From Neoechinorhynchus agilis (taxonomy: Eukaryota > Animalia > Acanthocephala), in assembly GCA_051530055.1 (NCBI GenBank), contig CM121341.1:8782784-8846783 (forward strand): a DNA stretch of 64,000 bases, given 5' to 3'. Numbering within the stretch: position 1 is the first letter of the stretch; each line of letters opens with the position of its first letter. Shown piece by piece: positions 1 through 16,989 of the stretch. The position numbers were made by a program, and so were the translations under genes. The notes under the pieces are model-generated. The model did not search any database, was not told the DNA's origin, and was given only the letters and a program-made list of their open reading frames with translations.

Positions 1-441
1 CCTTTTTCCTTTCAGTTTTTCGACTTGGGATCCTTATAAAATGCTCAATTTCTCTAGATGGTCCACCGAGTAAAATTCATTTGGGAAATAAGTGTAAAGA
101 GTGAGAACATCAATGAATTGTTTTGAAATGTTTTTCAACGAAAACGAGGGCAATTTTTGTATGATTCGGTTAATTAAACAATTGCTATTCGTTGTATGAC
201 GACTTTAAAAGTGCAAAAAGTGTATTTGATTAATGGATCGGCAATAATACAAATAATCAGGAAGTTTGCCTTTAAAAAGTAGGAATTTGCATCGGGATTT
301 TGAACACACTAAACAGCGCAACGACCAAGATCGAAACGACGAACAAGATCACGTCCTAAACACTTATAAACGTTAAGTATTCAACTTTTCTCAATGTACC
401 ACTAAAGAAGTGCTTTGAGCGAGTTACTGATACTGTAAAGC

Positions 442-2476
442 GTTCATTGATTGAAGCGATGATCACAGTTAAGGATTTATTGACAAAGGTTCCACCGTAG
501 CCAAATTCTTCGTGTCGGATAACTCCATTTCGCCGACTTGCATTCTTCATTTCCTCCTCGAATAACTGTTGTTGGCATTCCCTACAAAAATCCTTCTAAC
601 TCGCGTCCACGTCTTTTCAAAATAACTTTTAATTAAGCATTCATTTCCTCTATCTTTCTAAACATGAGATAGGAGCTGCTAACTTTACAATTTCCTTTTC
701 GAATCTACTTAGTATAATCCTTCGCTTTTGACGAACACTAAAACATCTTTCACATAAAAAAGCTCGAAGAATAAGCAACTCCTCAACTTCTTTAACTACG
801 TCCAAAGCGACTTCAGTGAAACGTAAAGTTTGCGATAGAGTGATGAAGGTATGAATATACTTTGCAAGTTTCAAAAAATTTCGATCGGTCATTACAAACT
901 CAGATTCGAATCAACAATCTTTTCGTTTTTAATTTTTTAAATGTTCATTGATTGAAGCGATGATCACAGTTAAGGATTTATTGACAAAGGTTCCACCGTA
1001 GTCAAATTCTTCGTGTCGGATAACTCCATTTCGCCGACTTGCATTCTTCATTTCCTCCTCGAATAACTGTTGTTGGCATTCCCTACAAAAATCCTTCTAA
1101 CTCGCGTCCACGTCTTTTCAAAATAACTTTTAATTAAGCATTCATTTCCTCTATCTTTCTAAACATGAGATAGGAGCTGCTAACTTTACAATTTCCTTTT
1201 CGAATCTACTTAGTATAATCCTTCGCTTTTGACGAACACTAAAACATCTTTCACATAAAAAAGCTCGAAGAATAAGCAACTCCTCAACTTCTTTAACTAC
1301 GTCCAAAGCGACTTCAGTGAAACGTAAAGTTTGCGATAGAGTGATGAAGGTATGAATATACTTTGCAAGTTTCAAAAAATTTCGATCGGTCATTACAAAC
1401 TCAGAGCTTCGAATCAACAATCTTTTCGTTTTTAATTTTTTAAATGTTCATTGATTGAAGCGATGATCACAGTTAAGGATTTATTGACAAAGGTTCCACC
1501 GTAGCCAAATTCTTCGTGTCGGATAACTCCATTTCGCCGACTTGCATTCTTCATTTCCTCCTCGAATAACTGTTGTTGGCGTTCTAAAAATCTAACTCGC
1601 GTCCACGTCTTTTCAAAATAACTTTTAATTAAGCATTCATTTCCTCTATCTTTCTAAACATGAGATAGGAGCTGCTAACTTTACAATTTCCTTTTCGAAT
1701 CTACTTAGTATAATCCTTCGCTTTTGACGAACACTAAAACATCTTTCACATAAAAAAGCTCGAAGAATAAGCAACTCCTCAACTTCTTTAACTACGTCCA
1801 AAGCGACTTCAGTGAAACGTAAAGTTTGCGATAGAGTGATGAAGGTATGAATATACTTTGCAAGTTTCAAAAAATTTCGATCGGTCATTACAAACTCAGA
1901 TTCGAATCAACAATCTTTTCGTTTTTAATTTTTTAAATGTTCGTTGATTGAAGCGATGATCACAGTTAAGGATTTATTGACAAAGGTTCCACCGTAGCCA
2001 AATTCTTCGTGTCGGATAACTCCATTTCGCCGACTTGCATTCTTCATTTCCTCCTCGAATAACTGTTGTTGGCATTCCCTACAAAAATCCTTCTAACTCG
2101 CGTCCACGTCTTTTCAAAATAACTTTTAATTAAGCATTCATATCCTCTATCTTTCTAAACATGAGATAGGAGCTGCTAACTTTACAATTTCCTTTTCGAA
2201 TCTACTTAGTATAATCCTTCGCTTTTGACGAACACTAAAACATCTTTCACATAAAAAAGCTCGAAGAATAAGCAACTCCTCAACTTCTTTAACTACGTCC
2301 AAAGCGACTTCAGTGAAACGTAAAGTTTGCGATAGAGTGATGAAGGTATGAATATACTTTGCAAGTTTCAAAAAATTTCGATCGGTCATTACAAACTCAG
2401 AGCTTCGAATCAACAATCTTTTCGTTTTTAATTTTTTAAATGTTCATTGATTGAAGCGATGATCACAGTTAAGGAT
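442..2476. repeat. ~500-bp tandem array, about 4 units (periods 501/495/501 bp)
   Basis: The same 80-aa ORF ends at 650, 1151, 1646 and 2147. The unit junction ttcattgattgaagcgatgatc recurs at about 443, 946, 1447, 1941 and 2444. Units alternate ctcagattcg and ctcagagcttcg. Confidence 0.97.
650..892 (-). pseudogene. Possible hAT-transposase C-terminal dimerisation-domain remnant, repeated in each 500-bp unit
   Basis: LLILRAFLCERCFSVRQKRRIILSRFEKEIVKLAAPIS resembles the hAT motif L..P...A.CERxFS.L+RIK..LRS.M..+RL..LA.+S. Recognised by eye only. Confidence 0.35.
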
Positions 2477-3189
2477 ATATTAGCGGAAGCTATTCAGTGC
2501 GAAATGGAAGCAGTGAACAGTTGGTCCAAGTCGAAAAGTTAAAAGATAATAAATCCAACGATTCATAGAGACAACAAAGGTTTCAAAGGTGAATTCTAAG
2601 TGGCTTAAGTTTTAGAGAGATCGGCTAATGAAGCTTCCCCGAAGGATGATAGATTCTATCAGTATGGTAAACTCAAGCGAAGGTTTGTTGGAAACGAGTG
2701 GTGTTCAAGAGACTGCGAATACTTTGACGATTATTCTGGACTTGGTGACACCTTTAGAGGATATGTAGCCTGTAGTACCTTATGATTCCAATATTACCAT
2801 GGAGGAGTATGATGTTGTGACTGAGCGATTCAACTCCAGTAACTACTAAGAAAGAGACGGTCGAAAAAAAGGTCCAATAACACCTGAACAAGTAGTTATA
2901 ATAACACGTTTTATTAATGAAAAAGAAAAGAGGAACCATGTACCCTTGGATCCTCATGAACACTCGATTTCTGATTTTGAAGTGGATTACGAGTCCCTGT
3001 CGGACCAGAATTCAAATGATCTACAAACATTCATTGATTTTTAAAGTCGTGAAGGTATTGTCAAAATTTACCAAGGAGATGTGCACAATAACAAAATGTA
3101 ACAATCTTTTAAAGTAATTAAAAAGTACAATTGATCTACAAACATTTATTGAATTTTTAAAATAGTAAAAGTATAGTTGGATGAAGATT

Positions 3190-3830
3190 TCGTGGAGGCT
3201 CTTAATCTTTGGTGTGGAGATTCAAGCAGCGAGCAGGTACCCGTCAATGGTTGCAAACAATCAGTTTGGGAGAATTCATAACTCTTTAATTTCAGATTCT
3301 CGTGACCTGGTGAACCGAACTCGATTGGCGGCAGTCTCTACTAGAGAATCGGGTGCTTGGCTCAACGCTCTCATAAGCGTTTCTGTGGGTAGCCTCCGAC
3401 GAGACAGTAAGGATCGAAGTGTCCCTGAGACTTGGAGTGCCGATGTGCACATCCCTTCGCTGCCGTTCCGAAGGGACAGTGGAATCATCAGGACGAAATG
3501 GTCTCGTCTGTCGGCGATCAGGAGAAAGATGCTCAAAAAACGCAATTCTCTTAGTAGTGCCCTGAATACTGTGAATGCACCCAACATTTTAGAGCCGAGC
3601 AATCTTTGCCGATTCGATGGTCGTCCCTTGGCGACCAGCCGCAGCAGCAACCGCCTCTAAGAATCGCTAAGAAGACTAAATATAAGGACCTGAATCGAAA
3701 TCATCATTTCGTTCATTTTGGCGTTGGTACCGCGGCTAAAGAACGGGTCAAGCAATTGCCCAAGAGACTTAAACGAATCACTGACGACCCGAGGACAGGA
3801 TCGAAGTCACAAATAAAACCCAACAACCTT
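3190..3830 (+). mobile_element. CRE-clade non-LTR retrotransposon, degenerate 3' fragment
   Basis: RLAAVSTRESGAWLNAL, ILEPSNLCRFDG, KTKYKDL..HHFVHFGV and KRLKRITDDPR are collinear with the better-preserved copies at 13.1-14.0 kb and 50.3-50.9 kb. Frameshifted. Confidence 0.85.
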
Positions 3831-4255
3831 CAACGCCCGCCGCTTCCAGGTTAAAATTGGTCGTCTCACTTTAACCTTTATTTCTTATATGTCGACGATT
3901 TCATTACTCAATCAACATCCTACGAAATCATCCACATAAATTTAACTCTCCTCCTTCACCTACATTTATCAAGCAATCATCCCTTGGACTTTTACAACGG
4001 TCACAAGTGTGAGTATGAAAATAAATTATAAAATATTTCGTGAGCATACGCTCAACTTTAAGAAAAAAGTTTCGGAGAGTTTATACACATTTAAAAAATC
4101 GGTTTCAATTTCATCAAATGTTCTAAAACATAAAAATAGTGTTCATAGGTTCGGATAAATTTTTTTGTCTCCAGTGAAAAGTTAACAACCTACAATAATC
4201 TGATGTAAAAGGTTCCTCGGAGGTATTATAGTGTTGCTGAGTTGATTCCTAGTCT

Positions 4256-4369
4256 CCGGACAATAAAGATATTGATTTATTGCGAGCTGGGCAAATTTTG
4301 GATTAATGCATGAGAATGCTGGATGTGCCCAGCGAAATATCGCAATAAATCAATATCTTTAATGTCCGG
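4256..4369. repeat. Fold-back / MITE-like inverted repeat
   Basis: 4256-4285 pairs with 4340-4369 at 29/30 positions. An inner 8-bp arm, gctgggca, pairs with tgcccagc. No target-site duplication seen. Confidence 0.8.
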
Positions 4370-4533
4370 GTCGATACGACGAAGTTTGAAGACTGGAACA
4401 TAATTTTACACCAAAACGCTCGTTTCTATAAACAATTGCTTATTAAATAGGGCACTTTTTGTGCATAATCCCAATACCCACTCGATCCAATCATTTTTAC
4501 AAGTAAATGTTGGACACTTCTCCACCTGAACGG

Positions 4534-5652
<1,119 letters not shown>

Positions 5653-5774
5653 CTATCATCGAATTTGAGTCGCTCAAAAAAAGAAATGCCCCAGTCAGGT
5701 CTTTAATCCGATCAAAGCAAGTCTCAAACACGCTAACAATTAAGCGAAATTGCGTTTACAGTAATGCAGGTCCG

Positions 5775-7041
5775 GTGGCTTTCTTAACGCTCTACCAATC
5801 CCGTCGATTGATTTCTAAAATAGATGATTGCTCCTTTCGTCTCGCTTTGGCGTGGCTCGCTCAATCTCATTGATTTGCAAATGAGATGCCAAGATGTAGA
5901 CACCAAAGGAATCCATGAACTTGATTGTCCGAAAACGATACATCGCCACAGCTTGGCTAATACTCTAATACGCAAGGCTTCGCCAGCGGCATTGCATCTC
6001 TCGTCGAGGAGGTCAATTTAATTAGGGATACTTTTAAAAACAAACTACAATTACTAAAGAATTAGTTCTCAGCCTCACCCAAATGGTTTTGTGGTTTTCT
6101 TAACGCTTTAGCAATGTCGTCGATTGATTTCTAAAATTGCTGATTGCTTCTTTGGTCTCGCTTTGGCGTGGATTGCTCAATCTCATTGATTTGCAAATGA
6201 GATGCGAAGACGTGAACACCAAAGGAATCCATGAGCTTGATTGTCCGATAACGATACATCGCCACAGCTTGACTAATACTCTAATATCCAAGGCTTCGAC
6301 AGTGGCATTGCATCTCTCGTTGAGGAGGTCCATTTAATTAGGGATACTTTTAAAAACAAACTACAATTACTATAGAATGAGTTCTTAGCCTTACCCAAAT
6401 GGTCCTGTGGTTTTCTTAACGCTTTAGCAATGTCGTCGATTGATTTCTAAAATTGCTGATTGCTTCTTTGGTCTCGATTTGGCGTGGATTGCTCAATCTC
6501 ATTGATTTGCAAATGAGAGGCCAAGACGTGGACACCAAAGGAATCCATGAACTTGATTGTCCGAAAACGATACATCGCCACAGCTTGGCTAATAATCTAA
6601 TACTCAAGGCTTCGCCAGCGGCATTGCATCTCTCATCGAGGAGGTCAATTTAATTAGGGACACTTTTAAAAACAAACTACAATTACTATAGAATGAGTTC
6701 GCAGCCGCAGCCAAATGGTTTTGTGGTTTTCTTAACGCTTTACCAATGTCGTTGATTGGTACTAAAATAGATGATCGCTCCTCGGATCTCGCTTTGGCGT
6801 GGATTGCTCAATCTCATTGATTTGCAAATGAGATGCCAAGACGTGGACACCAAAGGAATTCACGAAATTGATTGTCCGAAAACGATACATCGCCACAGCT
6901 TGTCTAATAATCTAATACTCAAGGCTTCGACAGTGGCATTGCATCTCTCATCGAGGAGGTCCATTTAATTAGGGATACTTTTAAAAACAAACTACAATTA
7001 CTAAAGAATTAGTTAGCAGCCGCAGCCAAATGCTTTTGTGG
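5775..7041. repeat. 316-bp repeat family, array of 4 units
   Basis: gtgg(c/t)tttcttaacgc recurs at about 316-bp spacing, and the array ends in gtgg. Copies are similar but not identical. The family recurs at 15.9 kb and 44.6 kb. Confidence 0.97.
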
Positions 7042-7446
7042 CGAATTATTTTAAACTAATTTGCGCATTTTGATCTCTTGGACAATGTATAAAAAAGAAC
7101 TAAGAATGGTGTTAAATAAACAAGGTGAAAAGACGAAGTTCGTCTTTCGGCACGCCCTGCAATCCTATTCACCTTGCTTGTTAAATTAATATTATCCTCC
7201 ATTGCGAATTTTTTGTTCGTTTAGATTCTGAGAACATTTTTTACTGAATATAATCTGCGGCTTAATAAAATTTCATATAACATATTTACACTTTATTTAC
7301 AAATCTTCAACATTTTTACAGTGAACGTTTGCAAAAGGCAATGGAACAAACTTCACCGGCCAAATTCAGAAGTAATGGACGGTTAACGAATTGATTTGTC
7401 GAATAAACGCTCTTGCCACTAAATTGATCCAGTTTCAGTTTATATC

Positions 7447-10830
<3,384 letters not shown>

Positions 10831-11689
10831 TAAACCAAACTTATAGAAAACGTGTTATAGCGAAGTTACGATTTCTCTGTAGTCGTTCAGTAGATTAAAG
10901 GAAGGCAAAAAAGTTGTACGTAGATCATTTAGAACGATACGAAACCCACAACAAATAGACAAACAAGCTTGTTATCTACCAAATATTTACGGCTTTGTTC
11001 TTTGTACCCAATAACATTCAAAAGCACGTTTATGATAATAACGCCAGTGATTTGTTTCAAATGTCTTCTTATTTATGTTTTAATTCTGAAAATCTAATTC
11101 AGTTCGTGCAAGAGGAAAATTCGCATTTTTCTGTACTTATTCAATATTATTTGCGAAATTTAAGACAATAAAGCAATTTTCGCTTTTACTTGTAGATATT
11201 CATTGAAGTAACATCTTAGTTTTTTCTACACTGACATGCGATTCGGGACTACGAAATTATTATAGTAATTCACTTAATAAACTGCATTCGCTTTTTCTTT
11301 TGAGATTGTGTATATCTAAACTAAGATAACGAGTAAAGTTCTTGTATGATCTTCCAACTTTATTACTACATAGAAAAAATTGATTTGCGAAGGCGTAAAA
11401 TTTTTTAACTGTCGAAAATGGAAATTAATCCAAAAAAATGTTAGTGATGTCCGAAAAAAAAATTTGCCTTAAATATATTTGTTATAATGATACAAAAACG
11501 ATTTATTGTATAACAATCCTCTATGATTAATCATGTTTTCATCGATGAGTTGAATTTACAAATCATTTCCACTTGACAATTGGGAGGTAAATACGAGATC
11601 TAATTATTAGCTTTTTGTATATGCATGTTTTTTTAGAATTTAGTGTGCCTTTTAGTATGGAATTAAAGTTAAATCACTTTCACTATCGC

Positions 11690-11850
11690 TCCGGATCACT
11701 CAGCCGCCGTCCTGGTAAGGACGGATTCAGCGTTCCGTCCCGTTGCACAGCCAGACTCATGTTTTGTACGAGGAATGTTTCTGATCTCGGATCGACAGTG
11801 ATTCGTCCGAATCTCTTGGACGCATGTGTCTGTATCATCACCCCTCGAAA
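11690..11850 (-). mobile_element. CRE-clade retrotransposon, extreme 3' coding remnant
   Basis: The minus strand translates KRFGRITVDPRSETFLVQNMSLAVQRDG, matching TGEPRSRNFLAQRIAIAMQRGN in the 13.1-kb copy. Confidence 0.7.
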
Positions 11851-13079
11851 TTTTTAGCAAAAGATATAACGTTTTCCTATAATTTTTCTTCTATTTATTA
11901 ATTCGCATTTGAATACAATGCTTCTTTTGCTCCTAACGTCAACTTTAAGCCTAGCAAGAACGTCATTGAAGTATATAAATACATCGAACTATCATCTTAG
12001 AAAATATATCTACTTTCTTCGCTGGATGTGATCTTATTTAATATGGAATTTAAGCCTAAATAAACCTGCGATGTTAGGAAAAAATTTAACTTCTTTTCAG
12101 ACCTGATTGGCTAAAATAATACTTTTTTACCCAATGAGCAAACGGACTAACATTCGCTTGTTAACAGGCTAAAGACTTGCGTTCGTATAAAGACGCCTAA
12201 AATCTTAAAACGTAAGCAGTCTTGTTTATTTTATATTTTTGCTGGTTTTGCTATTCTAAATTTTTAAACAAGAATCTTAATGACGCTGTTAATTATGATC
12301 TATTTCTCAGATATTATCGAAGGGTTTGGTAAAAAATTAAAATACAGAACCTTCTTTTTAATAAAATCAGTTGAGATGCTAAAACTTTCACGTCAGGACT
12401 TAAAATTGAGAACGTTTTTATGAACAAAGTAATATTCGAGGCATTAGATTCACGCAAAAGTAAAAAAATTTAACACACGCAACATCTAGTTTTTGGTCCC
12501 ATTAAAATATTACGGTGCTGCTGAATTCAAGGTGAAAAATTTATTTACGACTATTTAAATATTCAAAGTCAGAGAAGTCGTCTAGCTACTAGACTGATAG
12601 AAGAAAATGTAACAACAAAATCATCCTGTGATAGATGTGTTAATCCATGAGGATTGAAAATCTCAACTTTTCTCCATTAAATTCCTCCGCATCTTATTAT
12701 CTAGTTCAAATATTGCTGACCTTTGGTTTTTCTAACGTATGAAGAAACATCGAATTGTTTCAAATGCCGTTTTAGATTTCTCAAATAATTCATAACTGAA
12801 AAGACAAAATGTTTGCCGCCGACTATTCTGTCTTTTCAATTGACATTTTTGATCCAACGTGACTAAGGAATCGATAAAATCCAAGATGCTCAAAAGCACT
12901 TACTGACTTCAACATGAATTTTCGTTGTCTTGAAATCTTAAACGTTTACTGATATTAACAATAAGTCGTGCTTTTGTGCCACCGCCTTATGAAGACATCC
13001 TGGTCAAAATTCAGAGCACACTATAAAAATTTAATGAAAAAGTCTAAAATTTATTAATTTACAACGATTACAATTTATT

Positions 13080-14000
13080 CCTGTGAACTTCTTGACGTTG
13101 CCAGTATACTGGCAGCGTTCCCTCGCTGCATCGCAATTGCGATTCGCTGAGCGAGAAAATTTCTAGAGCGCGGTTCCCCCGTCATCCTTTTCGTCTTAAT
13201 TCGTCGAGGAGAGTGAGCGCTGACGGTCCCAAGGCTCCACGGCGAAAGGGACGAAATAATAGGTCCTTAAAAGCTCTCTGTATTTTGTACGTTTTCGGAC
13301 TTCAGCTACGACCGCTGAACCTTCAGGGCTCCTTTTTGAAAAGGGAAAATTACTGGGGGCAAGCGTGTCCACGCAAGTCGCATCCCATAAAAGGGGCTTC
13401 CCCTCCCGCCATGGAAAAACCGTGACACCGTCAGGTCGCTTGCTGTCTAGGCGGCACAAGTTACTTGGCTCTAAAATATCGGGCACGTGAGCGGAATCTA
13501 GGGCTCTACTCAAAATTGAGTTCAATTCTGAGTGTCTTGGAAACCTCCCTCTGGACATTTTACAACAGAGGCCGTGTCTGCCATTGGCTTCAACTATAGA
13601 TCCGCAGCGACAGCGATGCGGGATACAAATATCCTGGCCCAATCTTAAAGAAACTGCGACCCTTAACGTAGAATCCCCTAGAAGAGTTCCGATTGTCGGG
13701 GCGGGGAGAGCATTTAGCCAGGCTCCCGATTCCTTTGTAGAACACGCCGCAAGACGAACTTGGGAAACCTCGTCGAGAAGATCATTAAAGGATTTGTGAA
13801 TCTTCTTTATGAGGGGAAGGTCCAAGGCCGACTGCTTGTGGTCATTTTCCGGAAGGTGCAGGATCTCTGTCCGGGATTGCCAGATCGACAAACCGTCCAA
13901 ATAACGTTGGGAGTTTTGTCTCATGTTGGAAAGGGCTTCCGCATACGTTTTACTGGCTCGGTAAGAGGTATAAATTTGTTGATTAATTCCGTGTTTCTTG
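13080..14000 (-). mobile_element. CRE-clade non-LTR retrotransposon, 5'-truncated, best-preserved copy (zinc knuckle plus restriction-like endonuclease)
   Basis: PHRCRCG..GRHGLCC zinc knuckle, RHSELN, RPDGVTVFPWREGKPLLWDATCVDTLA endonuclease motif and QRIAIAMQRGNAASILAT C-terminus. One frameshift near 13225. A (TA)n tract lies at the 5' junction. Confidence 0.9.
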
Positions 14001-14451
14001 CAAACACGAAATATATATATATTTTATGACATTGCCGAAGGAAACGCTAATTTAATTGGCAATCGATTGATATTTTGATATCAATGATGAAGGATGTTCG
14101 TCTCAAAATTGAAACGAGAATAACTTACAGTTTTGCAATCGGCTCGCTGAGATATGCGAAATGAATCGACCTAATTTTAGTTGACGTGGTAAATTGCATG
14201 TCTTAAATTCGTCTCGTTCGAGCGGGAATGTGTCCGTTCGTTTAAGAATATTCGCCTGAGTTGGAAGTTTCGTTCTTGTGGGAATTGGCGGATATTGTTT
14301 GCAGGAACGCTTGTGTCTTTCCTTGACACTGTTGGCGCCGTCGTCCCCGCGTCATCACCGCGGTTTTGCTACCATTTAGCACGCGCCCCTCGTGGTGTTT
14401 GGTGTTTTTTGTGCAATAAAGCTCCTGTTTTGGTCATAGATCGATTTATGA

Positions 14452-14655
14452 GGGCCCAGTGGCCGTGTGGTGTGCGCGTTCACAATGCGGTTGATATGTC
14501 GAAGGTTCAACGTCACCGATCGCTGGGTTCCACTGGTGTGCAAGGCTGATCGCCCATCGGCCCCCTTCGAGTGCGGCTTAGCGCCTCCGTTGTGTGAAAG
14601 TTCCGTCGATAAAGTCAAGCCGAAAGGACACATAGGAATCTGGAAAAAGATGTCA
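14452..14655 (+). mobile_element. tRNA-headed SINE-like element, copy 1
   Basis: GGCCCAG-TGGCCGTGTGG resembles a tRNA acceptor stem plus A-box. GGTTCAAC resembles a B-box, and CTGGGTTCCA closes the stem. Shares multiple collinear blocks with 49127-49332. Confidence 0.6.
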
Positions 14656-15570
14656 ATGGACAGATTATTGAAGCGAGGAGTTTTAAAAGTAGTGGACCCG
14701 GCCGAAAACGAAGTCAGTCGGATTCCCTGAATAGTGGCGGTCAGAATGTGCGGATTTCAGAAGCACGCTCAACCCGCATTTAATGGCCGAATCGTATCAG
14801 ATGCCGATGGTGGACGGGTTGTTAAGCAAATTCGCTGGTGGGAAGAAATATTCAGTTTTGAACTTATTGGATGCCAACTTACAAGTCGAACTCAACGAGG
14901 AAAGCAGCAAATTGTGTGTAATCGCGACACCTTTTGGTCTATTCCGATACAGGCGATTGCCTTTTGGTCTCACTAATGCGCCTCAATTTTTCCAAAGGAT
15001 CATTGATGATATACTAAAAAAGTTGGTAACGTTGGAGTGTATCTTGACGATATAATTGTCACGGGAGCAAACGATGAGATTCACTTCCAAAATCTTAGAG
15101 AAGTGTTGATGTTATTGGACGAGAAGGGGGTGAATTTAAAATTGGAAAAGTGCCAACTTATGCAAACACGAGTTGCTTACATAGGCCATATACTGGAAGA
15201 TGACTGGGTAAGATCGGATGAAACAAAAGGACCCGATGAGCGTTGCAATCCCAAAGAACAAAACAGAGTTAAAATGTTTCCTAGGGATGGCTACATATCA
15301 GGAGAGATTTGTGCCACATTTACAAAGGATGTGTCAACCTTTGTACGAGCTATTAAAAAGAGACACTTGCTGGACTTGGACAAGAATAGAAATGAGGCAT
15401 TCAAAAAAGTGAAGGCGGTCATGTCAAAAGCTCAGAAGGCTATTCCGTTCGATCCCAATCTTCCAGTGATTATCAGAAGCGACGCAAGCAACCAAGGCTA
15501 TGGAGCGGCTCTTTTCCAATCACATGAAGGTGTTGCAAGACCGATCATCTTTGCTTCAAGGTTGCTGGAT
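14640..15570 (+). mobile_element. Ty3/Gypsy LTR-retrotransposon pol fragment (RT to start of RNase H), frameshifted
   Basis: DRLLKRGVL, YRRLPFGLTNAPQFFQR, YLDD, LEKCQL, SDASNQGYGAAL and PIIFASRLL. Confidence 0.92.
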
Positions 15571-15869
15571 GAGGTCCAAGTCAGCGAAGACCAGCGCGGC
15601 CTTATGCCAGGTAAAGCACAATTGACGCGAGCTGTGGCGCTTGAATTTTACCCTAATCCAGAGGTCGGCCACGAGTACTCGGTGTTGCATCGCACACTCT
15701 TCGCCTAATATGGTCTTGACATTCCAGACTTCGCCCCACTTCGCTATCGGGTACAAAATAAAATCGATTTGACCTTCCGACGCTCGAGTATGTGTGTAGG
15801 TGTCTTGGATCTTTTGGAAAGTATTCGAAATACGTAAATCCAACGCTGCTGCATAGTCCAACAGCTTTC
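15571..15869 (-). mobile_element. RTE-like LINE AP-endonuclease C-terminal fragment
   Basis: KLLDYAAALDLRISNTF..QIDFIL..VWNVKTILGEECAMQHRVLVAD is typical of the RTE endonuclease end. Confidence 0.75.
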
Positions 15870-16640
15870 TCATTGATTTGCAAATAAGAGGCCAAGACGT
15901 AGACACCAAAGGAATCCATGAACTTGATTGTCCGAAAACGATACATCGCCACAGCTTGGCAAATAATCTAATACTCAAGGCTTCGACAGTGGCATTGCAT
16001 CTCTCGTTGAGGAGGTCAATTTAATTAGGGATACTTTTAAAAACAAACTACAATTACTATAGAATGAGTTCGCAGCCGCAGCCAAATGGTTTTGTGGTTT
16101 TCTTAACGCTTTACCTATCCCGTCGATTGATTTCTAGAATTGCTGATTGCTCCTTTCGTCTCGCTTTGCCGTGGCTCGCTCAATCTCATTGATTTGCAAA
16201 TGAGATGCCAAGATGTAGACACCAGCGGAATTCACGAACTTGATTTTCCGAAAACGATACATCGCCACAGCTTGGCTAATAATCTAATACTCAAGGCTTC
16301 GACAGTGGCATTGCATCTCTCGCCGAGGAGGTCAATTTAATTAGGGAAACTTTTAAAAACAAACTCCAATTACTAAAGAATTAGTTCACAGCCTCAACCA
16401 AATGTTCCTGTGATTTTCTTAACGCTTTACCAATGCCGTCGATTGATTTCTAAAATAGATGATTGCTCCTTTCGTCTCGCTTTGGCGTGGAGGAGGTCAT
16501 TTAATTAGGGAACTTTTAAAAACAAACTCAATTACTAAGAATTGTTGTTTGTGGTGTTTTTGTTTGTGGGGGTGGTGTTTTGTGGTTGGTTGGCTATCTC
16601 TAATACGCAAGGCTTCGACAGTGGTATTGCATCTCTCGTT
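15870..16640. repeat. 316-bp repeat family, second locus (about 2 units plus a deleted/scrambled partial)
   Basis: Same sequence as 5775-7041, but it starts mid-unit at ctcattgatttgc. It has an internal deletion near 16490 and a G/T-rich patch at 16545-16595. Confidence 0.93.
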
Positions 16641-16989
16641 AAGTAGGTCGGTTTTAGTGGAGATGGCGGAAATGACCAAACAATTCAGTGGTAAAGATGC
16701 CGTCTCCATGGCACTTCAGCTACTCGAAAACGATGGCAAAGAGCAAATTGCCCTTCGCAGTTTCAGGATCTCGAACCGTCGCTCGCCCTTTTTCTAACCT
16801 TTCTGGATATTAAGACAATTGGTATCGTCCGATTAAGCACCGCAGCATTTTTAACAAAGTTTGGAAAATGGTTAGTCGTAACAACGAAACTATTTTTTAT
16901 CAGATAATCAGCGACTGAATTCCGGCTCAAATTATCGGCAACGGATGGCCCACGTAACCTCGACAATAATCCCTCCCACGTAACCCGTA

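Noticed and set aside
2480-3180. Short acidic coding-like stretches
   Set aside because: They are interrupted by stops in all frames, with no consistent splice model or recognisable motif.
5784-6968. 65-77-aa ORFs on both strands of every 316-bp unit
   Set aside because: Comparing copies 1 and 2, substitutions fall about evenly on codon positions (roughly 7/5/6), so there is no sign of coding constraint and no recognisable domain.
5775-7041. 316-bp unit as a spliced-leader RNA, snRNA, 5S or tRNA gene array
   Set aside because: There is no convincing Sm site plus donor. An A-box-like TAGCCAAGCTGTGG is followed by a T run and lacks a proper B-box. There is no similarity to 5S or U snRNAs that I can recognise.
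14452-14630. HDV-like or hammerhead ribozyme in the SINE-like repeat
   Set aside because: P1/P2-like pairings and a CGAA segment exist, but the L3/P1.1 nucleotides do not fit, and the CUGA core is absent from the second copy. A tRNA-derived head explains the pairing more simply.
16545-16595. G/T-rich strand-biased patch inside the 316-bp array
   Set aside because: It looks like low-quality consensus sequence rather than a telomeric or biological repeat, and has no regular unit.
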